From Candidatus Helarchaeota archaeon (GTDB lineage Archaea; Asgardarchaeota; Lokiarchaeia; Helarchaeales; RDOG01): DNA of 64,000 nucleotides. The translations under genes and the position numbers were made by a program. Below the pieces are notes generated by a model. The model had not been told where the DNA came from and made no database searches. It saw only the letters and a list, made by a program, of their open reading frames with translations. The DNA lies in NCBI GenBank assembly GCA_019058315.1, contig JAHPZH010000002.1:384001-448000 (forward strand), written 5' to 3'. This document shows positions 38,689 to 49,158 of the stretch, piece after piece. Position 1 is the stretch's first letter, and each line of letters opens with the position of its first letter.

Positions 38689-40143
38689 CTAATTTTCTTC
38701 TATTGAAATAAATTTATGTAGAAATGGGTCATATTTAACAGTCCTTTCCTTATTCATCCTATTTTCAATCAAATTTCTAAAAAGCTTAAAAAATTTATTT
38801 TCAAATCCAAAACCAAACATTTCCCTATTCCATCTTAAATTTGCTATAAATTTAAGTATTTTAATAGGTGGAAAATTCAATTGTTCAAATACCTTCCTTC
38901 CTACAACAGCACTCGTAATTGCTATCATTTCTAAACGATCTTTATTTTTTAAATAATCTTGAGCTTGTTCTCTTCGAATCTTTGACCATCCTAAAAGATT
39001 AGAAGGTGGTTTAAACCCCATATCTATAGCTTTTTCATAAATCGTTGTTTTTGGATAAGGAAATAGTATTTTTATGGAAAATTCGGAGTCTGGGTTAATT
39101 TTTTTCACTTTTTTTATTAAATTAATTGTCATATTTAGATCTTTTTCGGTTTCGTCAGGAACACCTATCATCCAACTATAATCTGCAATAATATCTAATT
39201 TTTTAGTAATTTTAGCACTTCTTATTATGTCCTTTATTGAAATTTTTTTGTTTAGAACATTAAGAATTCGTTGAGAGCCGGATTCTGCACCAAAATACAT
39301 CTGACTACAGCCATGTTCTTTTGCTTCCTTTGCAAGTTTATAATCTAATCGATCTACACGTAATTCAGCTTTCCATATTATATCTTGATCTTTAAAAAAT
39401 GTAAAAAGAGGTTTAATTCGTTTCATATCCGCAAAAAAATAATCATCATAGAAGAAAATTTTTCTTGCACCAAAATCTAATGCCTTTTCAAGTTCCTGCA
39501 TACATTTTTCCGCAGTCCACCCCCTCCAAATATTATTTAATAATGCATTATAACAGAATGCACATCTATATGGACAACCACGACTAGTTATCATATTAAA
39601 ATTTCCATTCTCAATATAACGTCCTGGTTCTACTAAATCCCAAGGAATACTCAATTGATTTAATTCAGAACTTCCTAGTAACTCATTATTCGGATTATGA
39701 ACTATTTTTCCACCACTCTTAAAGGAGAGGCCATCAATATGACCTAAATTTTTACCAGAAACTAACTCAAAGTAAGGTTTCTCCCCCTCTCCTCTAATAA
39801 TAATATCTATTAATCTATTTTGAAGAGTCTGAGTAGGTAAAATTGTAGGATGAATACCTCCCCAAACAATTTTTATTTCTTTAAATTCTTGTTTAATTAA
39901 TTTGGAAATAATTAAGGCATTATAAATCTGTGGACCAGTCATAACAGAAATGCCAATATATTTTGGCTCATTATCTGAAATTTTTTCTAATACTTGATTA
40001 ATATCATCATATCTTAAATCAAAAATTTTTACATCAATGTTATGATTAACTAAGTAATCTGCAATAAATAAAATTGAAAAAGGTAGCATAGGTGTCTGAA
40101 CTTTCGCAAATTCAAGACGAGGATAGATTAGAATTGTATTCAA
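38689..40143 (-). CDS. B12-binding radical SAM protein
   Basis: N-terminal cobalamin-binding domain (VWGGIHPT, RGEGE), TSRGCPYRCAFC, GAESGSQRIL. Confidence 0.93.
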   Translation of the reverse strand: MNTILIYPRLEFAKVQTPMLPFSILFIADYLVNHNIDVKIFDLRYDDINQVLEKISDNEPKYIGISVMTGPQIYNALIISKLIKQEFKEIKIVWGGIHPTILPTQTLQNRLIDIIIRGEGEKPYFELVSGKNLGHIDGLSFKSGGKIVHNPNNELLGSSELNQLSIPWDLVEPGRYIENGNFNMITSRGCPYRCAFCYNALLNNIWRGWTAEKCMQELEKALDFGARKIFFYDDYFFADMKRIKPLFTFFKDQDIIWKAELRVDRLDYKLAKEAKEHGCSQMYFGAESGSQRILNVLNKKISIKDIIRSAKITKKLDIIADYSWMIGVPDETEKDLNMTINLIKKVKKINPDSEFSIKILFPYPKTTIYEKAIDMGFKPPSNLLGWSKIRREQAQDYLKNKDRLEMIAITSAVVGRKVFEQLNFPPIKILKFIANLRWNREMFGFGFENKFFKLFRNLIENRMNKERTVKYDPFLHKFISIEEN

Positions 40144-40191
40144 TAAAATAATCCCAATTTTATAACATGAGTCAGATATTCTTAAATTTTA

Positions 40192-41484
40192 TTAAAACCA
40201 ATCAATTATCGATGAGCAACTATGACCAGGTGCTTCCTTTGTTCTTCCAATAACTCGAAATGTTGCACCTTCATATCCACATTCAGGACATTTATTCTTT
40301 GATATTAATTCTACTATATCATCCACAACTATGGCCATATTAATAGAACCATTTACACCAAATGGTGTGATGGCTTCTAAAACACCTCTTCCACCTTCTT
40401 TTACTGGTTCCAAAGTCTCTATATCTCTAATAATTATTCTAGCATAATTGGGACAATGATGTAGATAATCTTGATATTTCTTGGACCAATGCCCACCATA
40501 TAATACAGGAGATTCAGTAAACGCGTAAATATCATTTAATCTATATGAATCCATATTGAAAACTTCCTTAAAATGTTCAATAAAATCAACTTTATCTACC
40601 TTTTCCATTTTCGCCTGCCCCTTTACTCCATCCCATCCTCCCCCACCAGATCCAACATATCCAGTTTCACTCAAATCTATTTTAATGTTTTCTTTAATCA
40701 TTTTATTTACTAGAACATTATTCATTAAGAGTGGACTTCCACCAAACAGAATACTTTCATGTTTAAATTTTTCTATCTGCTTAATCATAAACTTTGAATC
40801 TAAAACCAATCCAGCACGAACACCAAAAGTTGAAATTATTGCCCAAATCGTTTTTAAAATCTTAAATTTAATTAAATAATAAGAACGAGTAGGAATCGTC
40901 TCCCATGGCTTATTCATGAGGCTTGTAAAAAAACGAATTTGTTGCTCATATTTTTTTATTAATTTACGTTGATGAGAATATACTTTTAATTGCTTCATTT
41001 TCTTTAATGCTATTCGTCTTGCTAAGGATCCATAAAGATTTCTATTGGGAGCAAAATTAAAGCACATTCCTGTATTCCTAAATTTATCTCGAAATAAAAA
41101 TTCCTCAAAACATTTCAACGCATTATATTGAATGATTTCAAGGTCTTCATAAGTCCTACCTACCAGTGAGGGATCCCCAGTAGTGCTAGAAGAACTGCTC
41201 CATATAATAATATCTTTTTGAGAAGCTTTTATTAAATTAGGAAATAATTTCTTGGAAATTTTATAATTATTAGTGTAAAAATAAGGAACAAATTGAAGAT
41301 TATCATCATTGATAATTTCAGGAACTGTATAATCATTTTTCTGACACAAATCAAGATAAAATTTATTTTTTTGAGATAGAATGATTTGTTCTCTTAATTT
41401 TTCAAAAAAAGTTATGTCATCAATTTCACGGGGAGTATATTCATTAGAAAAATCCGTAATTTCTTTTAATTTTATTAAACCCAT
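40192..41484 (-). CDS. LuxE-like acyl-protein synthetase / acyl-AMP ligase
   Basis: SSSSTTGDPS, GGGGWDG, DIYAFTE, GRGVLEAITPF, CPECG...FRVIGR...SCS. Confidence 0.78.
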   Translation of the reverse strand: MGLIKLKEITDFSNEYTPREIDDITFFEKLREQIILSQKNKFYLDLCQKNDYTVPEIINDDNLQFVPYFYTNNYKISKKLFPNLIKASQKDIIIWSSSSSTTGDPSLVGRTYEDLEIIQYNALKCFEEFLFRDKFRNTGMCFNFAPNRNLYGSLARRIALKKMKQLKVYSHQRKLIKKYEQQIRFFTSLMNKPWETIPTRSYYLIKFKILKTIWAIISTFGVRAGLVLDSKFMIKQIEKFKHESILFGGSPLLMNNVLVNKMIKENIKIDLSETGYVGSGGGGWDGVKGQAKMEKVDKVDFIEHFKEVFNMDSYRLNDIYAFTESPVLYGGHWSKKYQDYLHHCPNYARIIIRDIETLEPVKEGGRGVLEAITPFGVNGSINMAIVVDDIVELISKNKCPECGYEGATFRVIGRTKEAPGHSCSSIIDWF

Positions 41485-41649
41485 TTAAGAACACCTAATA
41501 AAAAATTCAAAATCTAATTACCATTATTTTATCATAATAAAATATCGAACTAAAAAATATTACGATGGTTTCTTATTAAGAATTTCATATCTTATCTGAA
41601 AATCTAGTAAAACTAAGTTCGAAGGTTTTCAAAAAACCATAAAATACTA

Positions 41650-42768
41650 TTATCTAAAACATTTATAAATCCAATTTTTAATTTTATCATGCTCTAAAAA
41701 AGAGAGACTCCCCTTCCACTCTTTAAGTTCTTTATCATAATAATCCTCGAATTGTCTTATAAATCTTGTCAACTTTTTTACTATACTTGGAGAAGTTTCT
41801 GTTATATATAAAACTCCAAAGAGATATTTTCCGTGTTTAAATAGTAAGGTTTCTTTACCAAAATTTATTGTATCTATTTCCGAATCAAATTCTAAAACGG
41901 TTTTAAAACCTTGACTTACAGCATATACAAAACCTGCTAAGATCAATCGTTTTGGGGAGAACGGATATTTTGGAATTTCTTTCTGAAAATCAAATTCATA
42001 GATTAAGCTACCATTAGATCTAACTAAATAAACGGATTTTATGGAAAAATATGTGCTTATTACTTCCATAGTATCTGGATATTTAAATATAAACAAACAT
42101 AAGAAAAATAAAATTAGTGTTAAAAGTAAGTAATCTATAATAATTATATAATATGATTCAATAATTGGAGATAAATAACCTATACTAAAAGATCGCTCAA
42201 ATGTAAGAGTTCCTATAGAAATAAGTGGAATTACTACATGCTTTTTAACTTCTTCATTCTTTATTTCATTTAGAATTATTTTGCTTCTTCTCATAATAAA
42301 TATAAAAAGAGCAATATAAATCCCATAAATATGTAGACCTAGAATAAAATTGACATTATAAACAAAAAATCCAGATTCTTCATAAAATATAGTTGGATAA
42401 AATGTAAATATATTTAATACTGAAAATAATATCATCGCTAATACGTAAAAAATCCTAATTTGTAGATCTTTTTCTGTTTTATGACCGCTAATTTCACTAT
42501 ACTTAATAATAATTCGAATTATAATTGAAAAAGCCAAAAGGATTAAAAAAACTTTCATACCAAATCCATTAGTATCTATATTTTCATTAAAAGTTCCAAA
42601 TGTGGCAAAAATTATGACTCTAGAACAGTCATAAATTACTCCCAGACCAAAACTCAAAAAAAGAATTACAATTAATAAATTAGTTTCTGATTTATTTCTT
42701 AAATACTCTATTGAAGCCCTAAATTGTGCCAAAATATAGAAAAATATTGATAAAATTGCTGAAACCAA
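41650..42768 (-). CDS. Multi-pass (about 7 TM) membrane protein with C-terminal longin-like domain
   Basis: Hydrophobic N-terminal 230 aa, then IKSVYLVRSNGSLIYEFDF...LILAGFVYAVSQG...IDTINFG...FKHGKYLFGVLYI...LTRFIRQFEDYY...WKG. Confidence 0.72.
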   Translation of the reverse strand: MVSAILSIFFYILAQFRASIEYLRNKSETNLLIVILFLSFGLGVIYDCSRVIIFATFGTFNENIDTNGFGMKVFLILLAFSIIIRIIIKYSEISGHKTEKDLQIRIFYVLAMILFSVLNIFTFYPTIFYEESGFFVYNVNFILGLHIYGIYIALFIFIMRRSKIILNEIKNEEVKKHVVIPLISIGTLTFERSFSIGYLSPIIESYYIIIIDYLLLTLILFFLCLFIFKYPDTMEVISTYFSIKSVYLVRSNGSLIYEFDFQKEIPKYPFSPKRLILAGFVYAVSQGFKTVLEFDSEIDTINFGKETLLFKHGKYLFGVLYITETSPSIVKKLTRFIRQFEDYYDKELKEWKGSLSFLEHDKIKNWIYKCFR

Positions 42769-42968
42769 TATTATATTATTCAGATTTACACCACGTTTAT
42801 GATTTAAAGTAATTAAAATGCTTTAAATTGAAATATATTTCTTATATATATATTTCCTATACCGTGCTTGAATAGATATATCGAAAACTATATAATGTAA
42901 AATTAAGTAAAAAACAAATTTATTCAGAAGGATTAAAAGAAATATTTAGAAATGTGTTTACTTTTTAA

Positions 42969-43490
42969 TTATTTTTCTATTATTTTGTCTACCAATGTTG
43001 CGAAAACATTATTTACACTTTCACCGGTTTTAGCAGAAGTTTCATAAAATTCTGCATTTATTTCTTTTGCCATTTTAATCCCGTCTTCTTTTGAAATGAC
43101 TTTATTCGTTAAATCTATTTTATTGCCAACAAGAATCGTTGGTATTTTACCGCAATATTGGATAGCTTCATCATACCAATCAATTATGTGATTATAGGTA
43201 TTTTTATTTGTAACATCGTAAACTATGATTGCACCAAATGCGCCTCTTAAATATGAGTCCCGAAGAATTTTATATTTTTTCTGACCTCCGATGTCCCAAA
43301 TTAATAAATAAATATTTTGACCACCAATCTCCATTAATTTAGCTGAAATATCTGTCCCAATAGTCATTTTATAGCTTTCTTCGAATCGTTTTTCTACATG
43401 TTGAACAATTATTGAAGTCTTTCCAACTGCCTCATCGCCAAGCATCACTATTTTATAGACTTTTTCCATTTTTTTTGAAATCCTTCTCAC
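42969..43490 (-). CDS. Rab-like small GTPase (Ras superfamily)
   Basis: GDEAVGKTS, TIG, IWDIGGQ, YLRGA, GNKID, ETSAK; no C-terminal Cys motif. Confidence 0.95.
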   Translation of the reverse strand: MRRISKKMEKVYKIVMLGDEAVGKTSIIVQHVEKRFEESYKMTIGTDISAKLMEIGGQNIYLLIWDIGGQKKYKILRDSYLRGAFGAIIVYDVTNKNTYNHIIDWYDEAIQYCGKIPTILVGNKIDLTNKVISKEDGIKMAKEINAEFYETSAKTGESVNNVFATLVDKIIEK

Positions 43491-43674
43491 CCTTCTATTT
43501 TTAATTTCATAAACTGGGTAAAAATTATTTTATAATCGTCATTTTTTTACAATTATATAATTATTTAAGAATCACAAAAATAAAAAACTTTTTTCAATCT
43601 TATTTCATTTGACTATTTAATTTCAATATTGTATGTAATATTAATTTTTACAGAAAAAAAAATTCGATAAGTAA

Positions 43675-45546
43675 GTGATTGATTTGAAAATTTTATCTAT
43701 CCATTCAGATGGTTTTTCTTTTAATACACGCGAAAAGGCAACTGCCTTAGCTGAGGATATCAAAGAAGAAGAAAAAGTTATGAAAATTGATAATAAAGTG
43801 CTAGTTGCATTTACTACTATAGAAAAAAAAGATGAATCTAATGTAAAAGCAGCAGGAATTATGGCATCTGATGCGATAGGGCAGTTAGCAAAAGATATAG
43901 GAGAAAAGAAAATTATACTCTACCCTTATGCGCATCTTTCAACTTCTTTAGCTGATAGTAAAACTGCAATAAAAATTTTGCATGATTTGGAAAACCTACT
44001 GAAAAAAGAAGGATTTGATGTTTATAGAATTCCATTTGGTTGGTATAAATCTTTTAAAATAAATAATATTGGTCATAGTCGAGCAGAGAGCTTAAGAAGC
44101 ATCAATGTGGATGAATATGTTGAAAAAAGAAAGGAAAAAGTAGTCAAAGTCGAAAAATCCACATTTCATGTTCTTGATTTAAGTGGAAATTTAGTTCCCC
44201 ATAAAAAATTTAATTATAAAGGCTATGAGGATCTTCAAAGGTTCATGAATTATGAAGTATCAGGTTCAAGAGAAGTAACTGTTCAACCACCTCATACGAA
44301 ATTAATGAAGAAATTAGAATTAGTAGATTATGAATCTAGAGCAGATCCGGGTCATATGAGATGGTATCCACGTGGTGAATTAATACGTAATATACTTATT
44401 GAGTATTTATCTAAAAAAATGCAAGATCTCGGGGCAATGCAAGTTGAAACCCCTGTAATGTTCACTACTAAACACCCTATAATTCAACAACATTTAAAAA
44501 AATGGGCGGAGCGACAATATTTAGTGAAAAGCGGAGATAAAACACTATTTCTACGTTTTGCATCTGATTTTGGCTTATTTTTTATGTTATCTGATTTAAA
44601 CATAAGTTATCGAAATCTACCAATGCGTATGTATGAGTTAACTAAATACAGTTTTAGACATGAACAAAGCGGTGAAGTTGTAGGTTTACGTCGCCTTCGG
44701 GCATTTACAATGCCAGATCTTCATACCCTCTGTAAAAATGTTGAACAAGCTGTAAAAGAATTCGAAAGACAGTATCAAATATGTATCAACTTCATGAATG
44801 ATCTTGAAGTTGATTATGAAGTCGGTTTTAGAGTGGTAAAAGAATTTTGGGATGTACATAAAGATTGGATATTATCTCTCATTAAAAAAGTTAATAAACC
44901 TGCTCTTGTTGAGCTATTTCCTAAAAGAGATGCTTATTGGATTATGAAATTTGAATTCAACTTTGTTGATTTTACTGAAAAGGCAGCCGCACTTCCTACA
45001 ATTCAAATTGACGTTGATATGGCAAGACAATATGGTATCCAATATACTAACGAGAATGGAGATAAAGTTCATCCAACAATATTACATTGCAGTCCAAGTG
45101 GAGCCCTCGAGAGGGTAGTTTACGCTATTCTAGAAAAAGCAGCGAAAAATATTGAAGCTGAAGATGTCCCAATGTTTCCACTATGGTTATCACCTACTCA
45201 AGTGAGAGTAATCCCTGTCAAAGACGAATTTATAAAGTATTCTGAGCAAATAGTTAAAAAATTGGAAAAAAATCAAATTCGCGCTGATCTAGATGATAGA
45301 TCCGATTCTGTTGGCAAAAAAATTCGAAATGCAGGGCAAGAATGGATACCTTATATTATTGTTATAGGTGAAAAAGAAGTAAAGAGTAATAAATTAGCTA
45401 TTAGAGTTCGAAAAGAGAGGGGTAAAATCTTAGAATTAACTGTAAATAAATTTATCGATCTTCTAAAGAAAGAAATTACAATTGAAACCTTCCTACCTCT
45501 TCCAGAACCATTAAGAAATTTAAAAAATAGTCCAATTTTTATATAA
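43675..45546 (+). CDS. thrS: Threonyl-tRNA synthetase (archaeal type with N-terminal editing domain)
   Basis: LYPYAHLS, PFGWYKSF, FRHEQSGEVVGLRRLRAFTMPDLH, ILHCSPSGALER, LWLSPTQVR. Confidence 0.96.
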   Translation: MIDLKILSIHSDGFSFNTREKATALAEDIKEEEKVMKIDNKVLVAFTTIEKKDESNVKAAGIMASDAIGQLAKDIGEKKIILYPYAHLSTSLADSKTAIKILHDLENLLKKEGFDVYRIPFGWYKSFKINNIGHSRAESLRSINVDEYVEKRKEKVVKVEKSTFHVLDLSGNLVPHKKFNYKGYEDLQRFMNYEVSGSREVTVQPPHTKLMKKLELVDYESRADPGHMRWYPRGELIRNILIEYLSKKMQDLGAMQVETPVMFTTKHPIIQQHLKKWAERQYLVKSGDKTLFLRFASDFGLFFMLSDLNISYRNLPMRMYELTKYSFRHEQSGEVVGLRRLRAFTMPDLHTLCKNVEQAVKEFERQYQICINFMNDLEVDYEVGFRVVKEFWDVHKDWILSLIKKVNKPALVELFPKRDAYWIMKFEFNFVDFTEKAAALPTIQIDVDMARQYGIQYTNENGDKVHPTILHCSPSGALERVVYAILEKAAKNIEAEDVPMFPLWLSPTQVRVIPVKDEFIKYSEQIVKKLEKNQIRADLDDRSDSVGKKIRNAGQEWIPYIIVIGEKEVKSNKLAIRVRKERGKILELTVNKFIDLLKKEITIETFLPLPEPLRNLKNSPIFI

Positions 45547-45645
45547 TTTTATTTTTTTTGTTCAACATCTTTTTGATATAAAGTTATAATAACTGGAACT
45601 CAAATAATATACACTATATTTTAGTCTGCACTTGGATGACCCAAA

Positions 45646-46965
45646 TTGAATGAAAAGATGTTAGAGTTAAAAAATGAGCTAGCAGAAAAAGACGAACATA
45701 TTATGGAACTAGAAAAAATCAACTATCAAACACAAAAGAAACTTGCTGTGCTACAGAAAAAACTCCTCGAACTGGAGAACAAGTCAGAAGGTATTGACAT
45801 TTCTCCAAAAGATATAACGGAAAATACGGACATTATGGATTTAAAATTAAAACTCAAAAAAAGAGATGAAATTTTAAAAAACATTAAGAATAAATTGGAT
45901 GTTTTAAAGAAAAAAACAATCCCAAAAGCAGATCAAAAGCAATTAGATGTTATGAGACAAGCCATTTCAAAAATAAAATCGTTACAATCAGAGCTCATAG
46001 AAAAAAATTCTAAAATTTCGGAGTTACGAAAAAATGTTGAAAAGACTAAAGAAGATGTAAAAAAGGAATTAGAGCAAAAAGATAAAATAATTCAAAACCG
46101 AGTCGCTGAAATTAATAAGCTAGAGAATGAATTTGTTTCTTTTAAAGAAGAATTTGTCGAAGAATTAAAAAATATCGAAAGACAAAAAGAAACAATTTCT
46201 ATGAAACAATTACTTGATTCTAAAAAAGATACTGAAATCGAAAGGGATAAATTTCAAGAGATTATAGCTGATAAAAATGATCTACTTAAAAAACGTGAGG
46301 ATGATATTAAAGGTTTAAAGATGATGCTGGAAACCCGCGATAAAAAAATCGGAGAACTTGAAGAGAAGGTAGATAACTTACTTTTAAGTGATGAATCAAC
46401 AAAAACACTACAATCTAAAATAACATCTATTGAAGATGAGTATAACCAAAAATTAAAAATAAGAGTTGAAGAATTAGAAAAAACTCGAGCCGAGATTATA
46501 TTAATTAGCTCAGAATTAGCATGTGCATGTCCAAATATACTATCTGCTGAAGAAATTTTAGATTGTGTAGATGATTTAATGTTAACAGCTCCAGAAAAAA
46601 GAACCGAAAAAATCGAAGAAATTAGAGCTAGCAAAGGGCTAAAAAGTACTAACGTGACGAAAGAAATTAAATCTGAAATAAAAAAAGAAGAAAAATTAAC
46701 CGAAGAGGCTACTGATAAAGAAGTGGTTAAAGAAATTTCTACTGAAGAAATAACTGAAGATAAAGAAGTATCCCCTCCAGAAGAAAGTAAATCTGAAGAA
46801 TCAGAATTAAGAGCTTTAATAATTAAGGAAATTCCACACTTATCAGATGCCGAATTGGAGACTTTTTTACAAGAATTATTAGATTCTCCTCCTGATGATA
46901 GAGATTCTAAGTTAGAACTTTTTAAAATGACTAAAGAACTTGAAGAATTTAAAAAATCAGGTTAA
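45646..46965 (+). CDS. Long coiled-coil protein with acidic C-terminal region
   Basis: About 290 aa of continuous heptads, then an acidic linker and a small helical domain. Confidence 0.75.
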   Translation: MNEKMLELKNELAEKDEHIMELEKINYQTQKKLAVLQKKLLELENKSEGIDISPKDITENTDIMDLKLKLKKRDEILKNIKNKLDVLKKKTIPKADQKQLDVMRQAISKIKSLQSELIEKNSKISELRKNVEKTKEDVKKELEQKDKIIQNRVAEINKLENEFVSFKEEFVEELKNIERQKETISMKQLLDSKKDTEIERDKFQEIIADKNDLLKKREDDIKGLKMMLETRDKKIGELEEKVDNLLLSDESTKTLQSKITSIEDEYNQKLKIRVEELEKTRAEIILISSELACACPNILSAEEILDCVDDLMLTAPEKRTEKIEEIRASKGLKSTNVTKEIKSEIKKEEKLTEEATDKEVVKEISTEEITEDKEVSPPEESKSEESELRALIIKEIPHLSDAELETFLQELLDSPPDDRDSKLELFKMTKELEEFKKSG

Positions 46966-46972
46966 AATTTAA

Positions 46973-48028
46973 TTATTTTATTCGTTTTAAATTTTGTTCA
47001 TGATATCGAGAAGCGTATGATAATGTAATCTGATAAAAATCTTCTTTTTTCGTAATAACCTTTTCTAAATGACCTTCGACTAATATTTTTTCATTATTTT
47101 GCGCTTGACCTCGAAATTCTTCTAAATAATTTATTATCCGTCTTATATTATCTATTTTTGGTCCTTGTATAATCTCTTCAACTTCTATATCATATGTAGA
47201 TTGCATAAAGAAAGCATCTTTGGAATCTGTAACAATAGCTTTTGCCTTTATCCACCCTTTAGGTCTAATTTTTTTAATTTCATTATATTCGTTTTTTATT
47301 TCATTCCATTTCTTAACAGGTTCAAATTCAATTTTTATTGATCTACTTGTATCATTTGAATCTATAATTGCATAAATCTGTTTTTTTGCATTATCTTGTA
47401 TATAATCTTCTAATGTATAATTGGTATAACGCCAATTTTTTTGATAAACAGCATTATTTGGAGGACTGAATTCATTTTTTAGTTTAAAATAATTTTTTTG
47501 ATAGAATTCCCGAAGAACTTGCCTTAATATTTCAAGCTCTTTTCTCCCATATATGATTAAGTCAATATCGCTAAAATTAATATGATAAAAATCATGCAAT
47601 ATTGACCCAAAAACTCCAAAATCTTTAGATTTAAGTTTTGAATGTTGTGTTATAATATCGATCAACTCTTGAGTTTTAGAAATCAAAATATCCTTTGGAG
47701 AACTTGCTAAAATCTTTTGAAGTTTTTCTTCCGGTTTCCGAACTTCATAGGCTTGATTATAAGTTAATCCTACTAGCTTCGTGTTTAAAGGGTGGTAAAA
47801 AACCTGATATTGGGGATAATTTCTTTGAATGAATTTTAGTCCACCATCAAAATAGAATTTAAAATATTCATTTTTTCCCCGAATTGCTCTTCTATCATCG
47901 GATTGGTAAATATCACTTGGCGCATATTCTACATCACAAATTGATGCATTATCTGGATGACAATAACCATAAACCCTAAATATTATCTTTTCATCCGTTA
48001 GTAGAAAATCTCTGTCCCGAAATTTCAT
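46973..48028 (-). CDS. Pol-beta-superfamily nucleotidyltransferase (COG1665-like)
   Basis: FRDRDF...FRVYGYCHP; FGVFGSIL...SDIDLIIYG; C-terminal FRGQA...VEGHLEKV. Confidence 0.8.
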   Translation of the reverse strand: MKFRDRDFLLTDEKIIFRVYGYCHPDNASICDVEYAPSDIYQSDDRRAIRGKNEYFKFYFDGGLKFIQRNYPQYQVFYHPLNTKLVGLTYNQAYEVRKPEEKLQKILASSPKDILISKTQELIDIITQHSKLKSKDFGVFGSILHDFYHINFSDIDLIIYGRKELEILRQVLREFYQKNYFKLKNEFSPPNNAVYQKNWRYTNYTLEDYIQDNAKKQIYAIIDSNDTSRSIKIEFEPVKKWNEIKNEYNEIKKIRPKGWIKAKAIVTDSKDAFFMQSTYDIEVEEIIQGPKIDNIRRIINYLEEFRGQAQNNEKILVEGHLEKVITKKEDFYQITLSYASRYHEQNLKRIK

Positions 48029-48123
48029 AGTAGCACAAACAAAATGTTAAAGATTAATATTAACAAATTTATATGAAAAGTTCTAATTTTTAAGATGAAT
48101 ATAAATTTTAAGGAACATTTATT

Positions 48124-49158
48124 ATGAAAAAATTAGATTGGGAGTATCCAAGAGATGGAGATATTATATTAACTGATGATTTTTTCATATTTTACACTAT
48201 GGGATACGATCATCCTAAAAAGAGAGTAATTTCTTATTTAAAATATATCCCAGTTATGGCTAAAAATTATTTTAATTTGGATTGGATTCCTCATAAATGG
48301 CAATTTTTAGGTAGAAAATACGTAAGACCTAAAAAACTTTATTCTCCAAAGATTTTTAAATCAATAGAGACTGCATTTGAGACTCATTTTTCAGAATATC
48401 TCTATTATTCTAAAAATTGGGATAAAACTGTATTTGCCATTCCTCATGATAAAATTAAGGAGGTATTTGTTCCAAAAAGTGGTTTAAATCGTTTGATTGA
48501 GCTTGAAAAGAAAGATTTTCTACAAAAAAAAGCAATAAAACTTATTAATATTCTTTCAGATTATTCGAAAATTCCTCTGACAGACTTTGGAATACATGGG
48601 TCTCTTCTAACTTCGATGCATACTGAAACCAGTGATATTGATATTGCTGTATATGGTGCAAATAATTTTAAAGAATTAAAAAAGTGTGTAAAGAAATTAG
48701 AAGAAGAGAAAAGAATCCAATATCTCTTTGAAATTCCCACGGATAAAATTCGAAAAAATAAAGGAATTTTTGAAAATCAAAAATTTGTCTTTAACGCAAT
48801 TAGAAAAATTTTGGAAATAAGAAATAATTACGAAATATTCGAATATAAGGCTATTAAACCAATTCAATTTCAGTGTCAAATTATTGATAGTTCACTGGCA
48901 ATGTTTAGACCTGCTTTATATAGATTTAAGGATTTCAGGGCAGAAAATATAGGTTCTAAATTAGAAAAAAATCAAGAACCGATTGAATTGGTTTCTATGA
49001 TTGGGGAATTTCGAGATGTAGTTCAAAAAGATCAAATTGCTAAAGTCTCTGGTATGTTAGAAAGGGTTAAAAATATTATAACAGGTGAAATATACCATCG
49101 AGTAGTTGTGGGGTCAGGAGAGGGTGAGGAATCTATACTTCCTTTTGATGATCTTTAA
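48124..49158 (+). CDS. Pol-beta-superfamily nucleotidyltransferase (COG1665-like), divergent paralog
   Basis: PRDGD...FYTMGYDHP...YLKYIP; FGIHGSLL...SDIDIAVYG; C-terminal VSGMLERV. Confidence 0.8.
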   Translation: MKKLDWEYPRDGDIILTDDFFIFYTMGYDHPKKRVISYLKYIPVMAKNYFNLDWIPHKWQFLGRKYVRPKKLYSPKIFKSIETAFETHFSEYLYYSKNWDKTVFAIPHDKIKEVFVPKSGLNRLIELEKKDFLQKKAIKLINILSDYSKIPLTDFGIHGSLLTSMHTETSDIDIAVYGANNFKELKKCVKKLEEEKRIQYLFEIPTDKIRKNKGIFENQKFVFNAIRKILEIRNNYEIFEYKAIKPIQFQCQIIDSSLAMFRPALYRFKDFRAENIGSKLEKNQEPIELVSMIGEFRDVVQKDQIAKVSGMLERVKNIITGEIYHRVVVGSGEGEESILPFDDL

